Part shown: positions 20,446 to 29,740 of the stretch, piece after piece
Layout of the letters: every line of letters begins with the position of its first letter
Numbering within the stretch: the stretch's first letter is position 1
IMG/VR virus record: IMGVR_UViG_3300045988_147264
Coordinates: 34,422-98,421 of that record
DNA: 64,000 nt
From: a virus
Direction: 5' to 3' (one strand)
The notes under the pieces: generated by a model
The model's database searches: none
Told to the model about the DNA's origin: nothing
What the model saw: the letters and a program-made list of their open reading frames with translations, nothing else
Position numbers and translations under genes: made by a program

Positions 20446-22686
20446 TTAGCGCAACCGATTGTCATAATTTCTAGTGAAGTAATCATCATTACCTAAATAA
20501 TCACTCTCAATAACGTTTTTGGATGAAGATGGATCGCCATTATACGTAACCATAAACTGTTCGCGATAGAGCATTAAAAGGCCTAAGGCACGAACACGGT
20601 CAACATTTATGTCTGGATTATAAAGCATAAGTTCCTTTATGAGCGCCCTGTTGCGTATTCTCGCAAGATTAAACACAGTCGTTTCTTCACCGTCTTCACC
20701 CGATTGTATGGTTACCGGCTTAAGAAGCCAATCTCGAATCAACCTGTTGGCGTAATCGTTTACCGGCTTAGTAGCCTTTACTCCCTTACTGTTGTTGCCA
20801 ACACCTATGTTTTTAATAATATCCTTGTCTTTAAGATATTCGGGAGTATCTGCTAAGAGATATAAACAATTCATTCTGGAAAAATATGAATATGCTCCCT
20901 TAACGTTGCTTTCATATAGACACTTTGCGTTATAGAAAACACATAGTTTTCTAAGCATCTCGAAATTGTCATCGGCAAATTGATGTCTTCCAGTATACTC
21001 GGCCACAATCGTGTCCGTCCATAAGTCCAGTACAAATGTTGAGGAAAGTGACATTGTATCGGCCTCATCATTATCAACCGGGTCGTGGCCTATGATATAT
21101 CTCTGAGGAAACACTTTTCCTTGTGCGTCTTTCTCTGGCATTTTGAATATCTCAAGAGCTCCGGAAACTTTGTTGTCCTTTAATGGGAAATCACGAATCG
21201 GCTGATCGCCTGTCAATTTGAATGATACCGTACCATCTTTCTCCTGCATTAAGTCTCCGACATAGACATCGTCAAACGTGTGCGGATCATTGTCAATCTC
21301 CGCAAGGCGCTGGGTAAGATCAGCGACAGGAAAAATATTACCCCTTGTGCGAAGAATGGCTTCCTGTGGCGTTATTGGAATCTCAGCAATACACTTTGTG
21401 ATTGTATTGATATCGGTTGAGTTGTATTTAACGTTATACCTATTAACGAGAATCTCAAGCAACGCCTTGGTTACATCAGAGTTACCCTGTTCGTCATAGC
21501 AGTCTGATCTGTTGATGTATGCCGGGAAAAAATATGTAAACGTTGGTCGCCCCTGACCCTCCTTATCGTAAACATTTTTAAGTCCATATGTTTTATATCC
21601 GACAGGGTTATACATAATCTCCTGCATTGCTGCAAAGTCAGATTGTTGGTCGCCGGAGGTACCGAAGAGATACATAAGGCCGAACACAGATTCTCCATCA
21701 GAAACCGAAGGCAATAGGTTACTCCACAATGTAAGAAGATTATCAAACGTACCAGCCTCCTCAAAGAGATATAACACGCCTCTGGTTCCCCTAAGCTTTG
21801 ATGCGTCGTTCTGGGAAGACTTGCCGACCACCGAGTTAAGAGTTCCTTTATTTGTGCCAGTGTTGAGATCTTTATAACCCATTTGCCAGTTCATATCGGC
21901 CAATGAGTTATACAGTCTTCTTGACGGCCACTGCATGTTCTCCGCAATGAAATCTATGTAGAACTGAAACTTATCAAGCGTCTGGTCACCACCAGTCAAC
22001 TTTGCCTTGTCAGTCGCTGTTATATATGAAACAACACGCTTGTTTACCTCAAATGATTCTCCTAATATAAAGCGCTTGGCAAGCATTGCGGCGGCACAGA
22101 ACGACTTACCACACCCTCGTCGAGCCAATTCAGCAGCCATCAGACCATGTTCCCTCGCTTGATTGAGATAATGAAATCTATAATAATTCCCCTCCCAGGA
22201 GAATGGGAAGTCAATCACACGCATCGCTTTTCTACCTCCATTGCTGGATTTCTTTAAGAGAGAGATGGGACAATAATTCAAAAAGAAATAATGGTCTCCA
22301 GTTATCCACTCACCGTCATATGGTCTTACGTAGCCATACAAGCACCTTCTGCGCTCTTCACGTATCCATTTGCCAAACTCGCTATTAGGATTGGCATTCG
22401 GTCTTAAATCGGTAAATCTGCCATATTTTTGATAATGTATCGCAGATGGCCTGAAATAATCAATATCCTCAATTATATGTGGCTTAGTTATATCGACTAT
22501 TATCTTGCCCTCTGAATCCCTGGGAAGATCACACGCCCTTGGCTTGTTCGGAGACACCATAGACTGTATGAAAGGAACGTTATTGAAGAAATCCCAGAAC
22601 TGATCCTGGACCTCCTGCGGTTGTTTATCAAGCCCCAACTCACTGATCGGGGTCTGATATTTATTAAGAACAATATCCTCGTACAT
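20446..22686 (-). CDS. terL: terminase large subunit
   Basis: Walker A ARRGCGKSFCAA, Walker B-like VLYLFEEAG, 746 aa, adjacent to the portal. Confidence 0.85.
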   Translation of the reverse strand: MYEDIVLNKYQTPISELGLDKQPQEVQDQFWDFFNNVPFIQSMVSPNKPRACDLPRDSEGKIIVDITKPHIIEDIDYFRPSAIHYQKYGRFTDLRPNANPNSEFGKWIREERRRCLYGYVRPYDGEWITGDHYFFLNYCPISLLKKSSNGGRKAMRVIDFPFSWEGNYYRFHYLNQAREHGLMAAELARRGCGKSFCAAAMLAKRFILGESFEVNKRVVSYITATDKAKLTGGDQTLDKFQFYIDFIAENMQWPSRRLYNSLADMNWQMGYKDLNTGTNKGTLNSVVGKSSQNDASKLRGTRGVLYLFEEAGTFDNLLTLWSNLLPSVSDGESVFGLMYLFGTSGDQQSDFAAMQEIMYNPVGYKTYGLKNVYDKEGQGRPTFTYFFPAYINRSDCYDEQGNSDVTKALLEILVNRYNVKYNSTDINTITKCIAEIPITPQEAILRTRGNIFPVADLTQRLAEIDNDPHTFDDVYVGDLMQEKDGTVSFKLTGDQPIRDFPLKDNKVSGALEIFKMPEKDAQGKVFPQRYIIGHDPVDNDEADTMSLSSTFVLDLWTDTIVAEYTGRHQFADDNFEMLRKLCVFYNAKCLYESNVKGAYSYFSRMNCLYLLADTPEYLKDKDIIKNIGVGNNSKGVKATKPVNDYANRLIRDWLLKPVTIQSGEDGEETTVFNLARIRNRALIKELMLYNPDINVDRVRALGLLMLYREQFMVTYNGDPSSSKNVIESDYLGNDDYFTRNYDNRLR

Positions 22687-22688
22687 AA

Positions 22689-23252
22689 CTAATCGTCAAA
22701 ACCATCCTCAAATATGGTCTTCTCGCCGCCACCTCTGATACGACCGATCTCATTAAGCTCCTGTGTGACCGCACGCTCCGCATCAGAAAGATCCTTTACA
22801 AGCTTAGGGACCATTGAACCCATTGAGACCATGTTCTTCAGAGCGAGGATTTTGTCCTTCTCCTCAAGCTGGGATAAATCTGTAGCACGCATTTCCTTAC
22901 GTATTTGGTCTACCATAAATCGCGTATCCTCAAGGAGAAGAGTGCTTGATGTTGTGGTATGTTTCTTATATACCTCCATGGCTTGTTTAAGTTCGTCTGA
23001 CGGCTTGAATTTCGCCGGCAGACCCTCCTGTGCTATAATCTCTTTTGCTCGTTCCTGAGGATCCGTAATGTACATATATGTACTTCTTGGATCAACCATG
23101 AAATAAAGATATGACATCTGCTGGTAGAAAAAATCCTTCACGCGGGTCTTGTCTTTTCTGTAAAGCTCACGTATCGGCTTTATAAGCATCGCCTCTGGTG
23201 TCACAACTATCTTGTAATCCTCGAAATCTATTAATCTCATAACTATAAACAC
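22689..23252 (-). CDS. putative terminase small subunit (position-based)
   Basis: Lies immediately upstream of TerL with a 3-nt gap. 187 aa, charged and helical. Confidence 0.3.
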   Translation of the reverse strand: MFIVMRLIDFEDYKIVVTPEAMLIKPIRELYRKDKTRVKDFFYQQMSYLYFMVDPRSTYMYITDPQERAKEIIAQEGLPAKFKPSDELKQAMEVYKKHTTTSSTLLLEDTRFMVDQIRKEMRATDLSQLEEKDKILALKNMVSMGSMVPKLVKDLSDAERAVTQELNEIGRIRGGGEKTIFEDGFDD

Positions 23253-23297
23253 AAATAGCCGACCCTTGCGGACCGGCTAAATTAACAAATCTATATA

Positions 23298-23735
23298 TTA
23301 ATGAATCTTTGATGTCTTGATTTTATTGTCCGGTGCGTATATCGTTCCAGACTTAACCTCCTCGTATTCCTCAATCACGTAGTCAATATCACTGTCATAT
23401 ATATATAGAAAATCAGTTCCATTGATATTGACAATAGGGAAATTGTATCGAATCTCCGAGTGATGTGTCTCAACGACACTCTTGAGAGAATTCTCGTCTT
23501 TGACTTGCACGGTTTTACCATACCTCGTAGGGTTAAAACATACGACATCACCTTCCTTGACATCCCTTACCATCGGCCCTACGGAAATAACCTTCTGCAC
23601 AGGCATCAGCACACCATGCTGCTTTGTCGGGTCAATAAGTCCAGAATCAGAAACCTGATCTTCGGTAAACTTATCAGCGGTGATAAGAACTTTATTATAC
23701 AGAGGCCGTATCTTCTTTATCTTTGAAAGATTCAT
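23298..23735 (-). CDS. GroES-like co-chaperonin (start moved to Met-14 of the listed ORF)
   Basis: KIRPLYNKVLITADK..SGL..P....GVL.PV..V..VG.....VKEGDVVCF parallels GroES IRPLHDRVIVKR..SGI......G.VLAVG...VKVGDIV.F. Confidence 0.5.
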   Translation of the reverse strand: MNLSKIKKIRPLYNKVLITADKFTEDQVSDSGLIDPTKQHGVLMPVQKVISVGPMVRDVKEGDVVCFNPTRYGKTVQVKDENSLKSVVETHHSEIRYNFPIVNINGTDFLYIYDSDIDYVIEEYEEVKSGTIYAPDNKIKTSKIH

Positions 23736-23736
23736 A

Positions 23737-24156
23737 TTAATTAAAATGCTGGTTGAACCATTTGATAAAATCATCTGCGGATACAGTCATTGTGCTGTTG
23801 GTCTCACTAGATCTCTTTGTCTCGTTGGCCTCAGAGCTTGTACTTTTTGGGTCATATTCTAGTGCGTCACCAATTCCGTTTCTGACAGTTTCCATCCTTG
23901 GTGCCGGCGCCGGATAAGCCTTAACTGACCTTCCTGCCTCTGACTCGAAATTCGGCGTGCAAAACAGTCTTGTGATACGTCTTGCGAGAACCTCAAGATA
24001 ACCACCCATGTAATGAAGCTGCTCCCTTAGCAACGATCTGTCCATTGCCTCAAGATGTCTCTGCCCCTTCTCTACCTCAAGGAACGCCTTGAGCTTATAA
24101 TACTTCTTGACGAGGTCTCCATATTCCTCAATCATCCGTGTCTTGTACTCTTCCAT
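23737..24156 (-). CDS. hypothetical protein (139 aa)
   Basis: ORF in operon orientation. Confidence 0.4.
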   Translation of the reverse strand: MEEYKTRMIEEYGDLVKKYYKLKAFLEVEKGQRHLEAMDRSLLREQLHYMGGYLEVLARRITRLFCTPNFESEAGRSVKAYPAPAPRMETVRNGIGDALEYDPKSTSSEANETKRSSETNSTMTVSADDFIKWFNQHFN

Positions 24157-24460
24157 ATCTTTTACCTATTCTTTTTTGGTTTATATACGCTTTTCGCAGG
24201 TATTGGAACCTGTCATAGGGAAGTCCTATCTTCCCGACCGAAGGTATGTTAAAGTTTGTTCTCAACTGTTTGAACTCCTCTTCGGTCATATCTTTCGAGA
24301 GGTCTATCTCACCCATAATGTCAATCAAATGTTTTATGAACATCATATATGTATATCTGACCTCTTCTACGGTTATACCCATATCCTTGGCAACCTGTGG
24401 ATATATCTCCCTTTCAAGATAATCCATATTAACTCGATACTTGTTTGCCATTGAAATCAA
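24128..24460 (-). CDS. hypothetical protein (110 aa)
   Basis: ORF in operon orientation. Confidence 0.4.
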   Translation of the reverse strand: MISMANKYRVNMDYLEREIYPQVAKDMGITVEEVRYTYMMFIKHLIDIMGEIDLSKDMTEEEFKQLRTNFNIPSVGKIGLPYDRFQYLRKAYINQKRIGKRYGRVQDTDD

Positions 24461-24830
24461 AGTATAACATCAGTTTAAATGAATCGTCACCGTCATTAAA
24501 TCTCGGCACAAACCTTGGATTTATCTTACCGTCAGTAATAAAATTGGCGCGCTTCAGTTTTGTGAGCAGCATCTGCAAATGCTCAGGTGTGACACCACAC
24601 TCCTCTTCGATTCTCCTGCGTGAGTCAGCGCTCATCACAACCTTGTCAAGCAAAAACTCATCTGTTATTACGCGCCCCAACTCGAATCTCAGGTTAAGCA
24701 TCGTCGCGGCGACGTCTACCTGTCTCTCGGACATCATGTGGAAAGGCCTCAGGAAATTCAGCCACATCCTGAAGAACTCCTTCCCAGGTGACGAGGGGAT
24801 GCGTATCACGCTGTTTATTCCATTAGCCAT
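24429..24830 (-). CDS. hypothetical protein (133 aa)
   Basis: ORF in operon orientation. Confidence 0.4.
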   Translation of the reverse strand: MANGINSVIRIPSSPGKEFFRMWLNFLRPFHMMSERQVDVAATMLNLRFELGRVITDEFLLDKVVMSADSRRRIEEECGVTPEHLQMLLTKLKRANFITDGKINPRFVPRFNDGDDSFKLMLYFDFNGKQVSS

Positions 24831-24836
24831 AACCGA

Positions 24837-25169
24837 TTATCCTTTTGTGCCTACATTCTCTCCCTCATCAGTATCCTCTTTATCGGAATCACCGCTCTCC
24901 TTAAACATTGCGTCTGTAATCTCCTCTATCGTGTCAGCAACAACACTCTTAGGAAATAGCGGAGCCTGCTCAATGATTTTAAAAAGGAAATTCAATCTTG
25001 TGAAGAAATTAGATGCGTCGGCACGCTGAAGCTTATCGTACAACGACTTCGCCTGAGCCGAAAGCTGTCTGTTAAAATCGACTGCCTGATCATACTTCTC
25101 CTTAAGCTCCTTGTATTGAGCCTCGTAATCAACCTTTACAGACGGTGTAATTTTCTTTACTTCTCCCAT
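24837..25169 (-). CDS. hypothetical acidic protein (110 aa)
   Basis: ORF in operon orientation. Confidence 0.4.
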   Translation of the reverse strand: MGEVKKITPSVKVDYEAQYKELKEKYDQAVDFNRQLSAQAKSLYDKLQRADASNFFTRLNFLFKIIEQAPLFPKSVVADTIEEITDAMFKESGDSDKEDTDEGENVGTKG

Positions 25170-25181
25170 AACAATATAATA

Positions 25182-25391
25182 TTAATTTTTATTTTTATCT
25201 TCCTCTTTCATTGCCAGCCACTCATTAATATGGCACTGGCCTATGTCGGTGCTACCACAGTCGTCACAATAATCACCGAATCCATCACCTACCATAATCC
25301 TCAAAGAATGACAGTGCTTGCAATAAAACACGGGTTCATCCTCATATTGAGACGGGTGTGTGAGATACATATCACTATCAACTTTAGCCAT
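25182..25391 (-). CDS. small zinc-ribbon protein (CxxC...CxxC)
   Basis: Motifs CKHC...CDDC, 69 aa. Confidence 0.4.
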   Translation of the reverse strand: MAKVDSDMYLTHPSQYEDEPVFYCKHCHSLRIMVGDGFGDYCDDCGSTDIGQCHINEWLAMKEEDKNKN

Positions 25392-25525
25392 ATGATAATT
25401 TTATGAAAACAATAAAACCGGGGTTTCTCTCGGTACCCGGCCCCCCAGCTCGCTAATACTGGACCGATCCTCCACGGCTGGTTACTGCCCGAGGCATCTA
25501 CGGCGTTTGTACCCTGTCCGCAGCC

Positions 25526-25864
25526 CTACTGCTCCTTCGCTTTCTTTGACTTAGTTGTAACTTTAGCAGCCTTCTTGGTCTTTGTACCACCCTGTTTAAA
25601 ACCAATAGGCTTTGGTTCGGTTTTAGGCTCATCAACCTCCACCGGAGTGTCATCACCATTCACCGTCTGGCAAAACTCCTTGATAAACCAATAACCGGAG
25701 AGAAATGACGCCACGATAACCACGCACTTCGTGACGTTGCCGCCAAGGGTGGCGGCCGATGCAAGTGACCATATTGTCGCAAGGCACCATATCAACCATC
25801 CTGCGGTTGATTCAATAAAAGCACAAACTTTCTTCATAACAACAAAATAATTTGAACAAAACAA
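25526..25864 (-). CDS. membrane protein with lysine-rich basic C-terminal tail
   Basis: Two hydrophobic segments followed by KKAAKVTTKSKKAKEQ. Confidence 0.4.
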   Translation of the reverse strand: MFCSNYFVVMKKVCAFIESTAGWLIWCLATIWSLASAATLGGNVTKCVVIVASFLSGYWFIKEFCQTVNGDDTPVEVDEPKTEPKPIGFKQGGTKTKKAAKVTTKSKKAKEQ

Positions 25865-25869
25865 ACTTT

Positions 25870-25941
25870 GTTGCGGGGGCAGGGATCGAACCTGCGGCCT
25901 CCAGATTATGAGCCTGGCGAGCTACCACTGCTCCACCCCAC
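25870..25941 (-). tRNA. tRNA-Met(CAT) (elongator or Ile2-type; not initiator-like)
   Basis: Cloverleaf folded manually. Acceptor TGTGGGG/CCCCGCA with one G-U, D stem GAGC/GCTC, anticodon loop CTCATAA, T loop TTCGATC. Confidence 0.65.
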
Positions 25942-25947
25942 AATATT

Positions 25948-26019
25948 GATGCCGGTACCGGGCTCGAACCGATATCCTTGGATTACAAAACCAAGATGCT
26001 ACCCATTACACCAACCGGC
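25948..26019 (-). tRNA. tRNA-Thr(TGT)
   Basis: Acceptor TGCCGGT/ACCGGCA, anticodon loop TTTGTAA, T arm ATCGG-TTCGAGC-CCGGT. Confidence 0.6.
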
Positions 26020-26036
26020 ACTATCTTAACTTGACA

Positions 26037-26054
26037 ATACAAAGATACAAAGAA
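26037..26054 (-). promoter_or_regulatory. Bacteroidetes-type promoter motif (minus strand TTTG..TATCTTTG) ~12-18 nt upstream of the tRNA-Thr/Met pair
   Basis: Plus strand ATACAAAGATACAAAGAA. The same 13-nt core recurs at 26742 upstream of the next minus-strand gene. Confidence 0.4.
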
Positions 26055-26202
26055 TTTTTGAATTATGCAAATTTTTCTTCATTTTTATTAAACTTATTAG
26101 TAACACCACAAACAGCGCTTAAATTATTCAATATCCGCTTATCTACGTGAAGAAATATATAACCCATGCCGTCTTTGTTAATTACATCGAATTCAAGGCC
26201 AT

Positions 26203-26700
26203 TTATTTGCGTTTTAAGCGCTTTTTCGTATCGCGCATATAATTACACATCTCAATCATAGATCGCGTGTCAAAGCGCCTTAAATTGAGAAATTCCTTAA
26301 TGGCGTCTATCATAACAAAACGATATTCCACCGATGTGATATTATCGTATCTTATGTCGCGCCATGAGGAACATGAGCACCTTGGGTCAATAAACATTAT
26401 AGCCTTAACGATACTGCGCCGCTCAAGAAAGTAACTGAACCTTATGTCTCTTTTAGTAAATGTCGCTAAAGGAATGATATCAAACGACTGAGACTGTTGA
26501 GGATTCCTGTAAGATATGATGCTGTCGAAGATAATATTGTCAATATCTTTCAATGGGAGATCAACAACAGAATCGGCATTCATCTTTTTAGGAAGACCAC
26601 CGCTCCTTTTCCTGTAATTATAAAACGGTGGTTTTGATAATATCTTGTCATAAACGTATTTATCAATTTCGCCGATAACTCCAATCTCTAATGTATCCAT
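26203..26700 (-). CDS. hypothetical protein (165 aa)
   Basis: ORF flanked on both sides by the repeated promoter motif. Confidence 0.45.
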   Translation of the reverse strand: MDTLEIGVIGEIDKYVYDKILSKPPFYNYRKRSGGLPKKMNADSVVDLPLKDIDNIIFDSIISYRNPQQSQSFDIIPLATFTKRDIRFSYFLERRSIVKAIMFIDPRCSCSSWRDIRYDNITSVEYRFVMIDAIKEFLNLRRFDTRSMIEMCNYMRDTKKRLKRK

Positions 26701-26741
26701 ATATCTAATATACTATTATTGCCATTTCTTTGTTCGCCATG

Positions 26742-26760
26742 ATACAAAGATACAAAAAAA
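26742..26760 (-). promoter_or_regulatory. second copy of the ATACAAAGATACAAA promoter-like repeat
   Basis: Direct repeat of 26037..26054, ~40 nt upstream of the ATG at 26700. Confidence 0.4.
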
Positions 26761-26825
26761 TTCTGACATTTCGGCTATTTTTGCGACAATGTTATCAACT
26801 ATATTATAAACAATTGCTGTAACCG

Positions 26826-28763
26826 TTATTCATATATTGATTCTCTCCATGGATTAAAGTACCCAACATTTCCCTCAAGCGACTTTATTTGATTCGGTGA
26901 AAACACCGCTGTTTCATTAAATCTGAAACCGGTTGTACCGGAAATCCCATTATAACCCAATGATTCAATATAGGCTCTATTTTCTGGAGTTATATTTTGC
27001 AGAATCCATGCAGGCATCTTTCCCATACGTGGATCTGTTATATCAATCGGATTTACGCCCGTGCTGACGATGTATGTTCTCCCACCGTTATACCAGTCAG
27101 GTTTATAGCCCGTGTGAACTCCTATACCAGGCTGCTCATAACGCTCTGCATATCCTCTTTGATTAGTTAAGTATATACCTTCGGGACCAGTACCTGTTCC
27201 TCTGACCTGTCCTCTATATAAATGATGCGACTTTTGTGGAAATATAGTGGCATCGGCATACGGAGCGCCGTGGTACTGTATATTAGGTGTTCCGCCAAAA
27301 TGACTAAGATAATCAGCGTAAGCCCTTGATTTCATTTGTAGGTAAGCTCTAGGATCTACACCCAATTTAGCGGCGTCTTCATACACATTTCTGTGATCTA
27401 GTCTTTGCTTTCTATATATATCAGAGTATTCATTGCGCAAGAACGTCGGAACCTCTTCGCCGGATTTAGACCATCCAGTAAAATATGGCATACCATCATT
27501 AAGGTATTCATCAGCTATCCGCGCTCTAAACCTCAGATCTTTATCAAGCCCCTTATATGGTTTAACGATCTGCCTGAACGCATCGGCATAGAGTTCTCGC
27601 GGAACCACATCAATATAATTCTTATCAGTAGTGTTTATATTATGTCCCTCATATACGTATTTGCCATTATCATATAATAAACCTATACCTTTCCTTTCGA
27701 GCTTATTACCGACAGAATGGCCGAACTCATGGGCAAGTGATGTCTTTGATGTCCAGGGAGCGTATCTTATGGAATTAGTCTTATCATTATACGCTTGTAT
27801 AGAACCGGATTCATCGCGTAACTTGAAAACTAATTCAGGTTTGGTCTGTATGGCTGCTCTATATTCCTTACTATTCTTACCGAAAGCCTTTTCTATATCA
27901 TCGAGAACATCATAAAAATGCTCTCCCCTTAATCTTCCAGATACTTTTGTTCCGGAAAAATTCAATGGATTCGTAAACTCAAGAAGCGAACTTAAAACAG
28001 GGTGTTGATACCTATCGACAAACAGATCTCCCCAGCTGTCACGCAAGCCTCCGGTGGTCTGATTTATACCAGCATCGAAGATTGTGTTAGCCATTCCAGC
28101 AAGCATGCCGGCAGGGCCAGCGATTCCACCTGCTATAACGGGAAATACATACTTAGTAGCAAACCTGTCTCTACCGAGGGTTATATAGTCATTAAACGCC
28201 TGCTTGTCACCATTTCTGATCGCATCCAATAATTGTTTATCAATGTATTTATCAGCTCCTTTATCGCGCCACCTTTTCTGTGTCCTGTTGAATATTCTCG
28301 ACTGTCTTCTGGTTCCGATAATGTCGTCGTTAAGACCATATCTATCCGCAAGATCATAAGCCTTGTTTTTTATCTGCTTTCTGCTCAGGCCACGAAGATT
28401 TATCGCGATCTTTTCTGATGGCGTTATCGAATCAAACATCTGTTCAATCTCCCCGCCATCGCCGTGCCACTTTGCAGAATTGCGCGCGAAATTAGCCTTC
28501 TTCACCATCGCGGTGCTATAATCATCCTTATTGGAAAGGACACGCGACGCAAACTCCTGCACGCCCATGCCGTGCCTTTTCGCGGCCGACGTGAACGTGC
28601 CTTTCTTTGACGGATCAATATGTATGCCACCACCGTTGCTATACTCGTTATACAATGCCCTCATCTCATCAAGACTCGTCACACCACTCCCGGTAAATAA
28701 CGAAATAAGTGAGGCCCTCTCGGACATGCTGAGAGAACCCCACTTGCCAATATTATTATCCAT
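26826..28763 (-). CDS. large protein with zincin-like HExxH motif (start moved to Met-37 to remove the overlap)
   Basis: SLAHEFGHSVGN matches the HExxH motif. ~645 aa, Gly/Tyr/Asn-rich C-terminal part. Confidence 0.45.
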   Translation of the reverse strand: MDNNIGKWGSLSMSERASLISLFTGSGVTSLDEMRALYNEYSNGGGIHIDPSKKGTFTSAAKRHGMGVQEFASRVLSNKDDYSTAMVKKANFARNSAKWHGDGGEIEQMFDSITPSEKIAINLRGLSRKQIKNKAYDLADRYGLNDDIIGTRRQSRIFNRTQKRWRDKGADKYIDKQLLDAIRNGDKQAFNDYITLGRDRFATKYVFPVIAGGIAGPAGMLAGMANTIFDAGINQTTGGLRDSWGDLFVDRYQHPVLSSLLEFTNPLNFSGTKVSGRLRGEHFYDVLDDIEKAFGKNSKEYRAAIQTKPELVFKLRDESGSIQAYNDKTNSIRYAPWTSKTSLAHEFGHSVGNKLERKGIGLLYDNGKYVYEGHNINTTDKNYIDVVPRELYADAFRQIVKPYKGLDKDLRFRARIADEYLNDGMPYFTGWSKSGEEVPTFLRNEYSDIYRKQRLDHRNVYEDAAKLGVDPRAYLQMKSRAYADYLSHFGGTPNIQYHGAPYADATIFPQKSHHLYRGQVRGTGTGPEGIYLTNQRGYAERYEQPGIGVHTGYKPDWYNGGRTYIVSTGVNPIDITDPRMGKMPAWILQNITPENRAYIESLGYNGISGTTGFRFNETAVFSPNQIKSLEGNVGYFNPWRESIYE

Positions 28764-28780
28764 TATGAAAAAAGTATTTC

Positions 28781-29737
28781 CTATCTCGCGGGAGACGTCA
28801 ATGGAACAACCCTCTTGTTGTCCTTGTTGAGATTCTCCCTGCCACGCACAACAGCCCCGCAATCGATGCACCTGTAAAGCTTATACCTACACGTGCTAGT
28901 GTTGTAATACCTGTCAGGTATCTCAACCAAGTGATCCTCCGAGGAACCACATACAGGGCACCTCACAACGCCGTCATCAAAGGTCGCTGCGACATTCGGA
29001 TGACTCTTCATCCACGGCCTCAGCTTAAGGTAAACCAACTCAAGAATCTTGACATCCTGCTGGTTGTACACAGCCATCTCCTCAAGAGCCTTTCCGTCAC
29101 CGTTGAGACACTTCTCCCACAAGGAGAAATCAGTGCCTATCTTGTGAGGAAAACCAAAGTAACCGGCCAGGGCGTCAAGCTTGTTGCTCTTGAAGCCAAA
29201 GTATCTCTTCGCGACATCAAGGGTGTCTATGATATAATACGGAGAAGGACACTTCAGATCGTTCAATATAAACCTCGTGTTCATCCACGGCACGTCAGCC
29301 CTCTTGGCGTTATGCGCCACAACGACATCTGCCTCGTCAATAAGCTTCCACAATGACCGCATGATCCTCGAGTCATCCTGCCTAAGCGCCTCCTCGGAAG
29401 TCAGCACGTCACACATCTCCTCGCCGCCGTAAAGCCACTTTGCGGACCAGCACAACATGAACCAATCTTGCCTGACATGATCCCACGCGATGTCCTGTTT
29501 CCATAAACCCCAGATATAACCCAACATAGGAGCTGTCTCGGTATCAAAGATCAACACCTTAGGCATCTTTTTGGGAGGACCAACAACAACATTGTAACCA
29601 CCGCTTGACCGCACAACATCCTTAGCCCCGCGTATGTCGTCAACACTGCATTTCAAATAACGGCTCAACTTGCCAGAACCCATACCCAAAAGGTACGGCT
29701 TGCGCCTCATGCGCTCAACTATCTCATCAAAAACCAT
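28781..29737 (-). CDS. DEDD-type 3'-5' exonuclease with C-terminal zinc ribbon
   Basis: VLIFDTETAPM is an Exo I motif. C-terminal CPVCG...CIDCG. Confidence 0.55.
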   Translation of the reverse strand: MVFDEIVERMRRKPYLLGMGSGKLSRYLKCSVDDIRGAKDVVRSSGGYNVVVGPPKKMPKVLIFDTETAPMLGYIWGLWKQDIAWDHVRQDWFMLCWSAKWLYGGEEMCDVLTSEEALRQDDSRIMRSLWKLIDEADVVVAHNAKRADVPWMNTRFILNDLKCPSPYYIIDTLDVAKRYFGFKSNKLDALAGYFGFPHKIGTDFSLWEKCLNGDGKALEEMAVYNQQDVKILELVYLKLRPWMKSHPNVAATFDDGVVRCPVCGSSEDHLVEIPDRYYNTSTCRYKLYRCIDCGAVVRGRENLNKDNKRVVPLTSPAR

Positions 29738-29740
29738 AAA

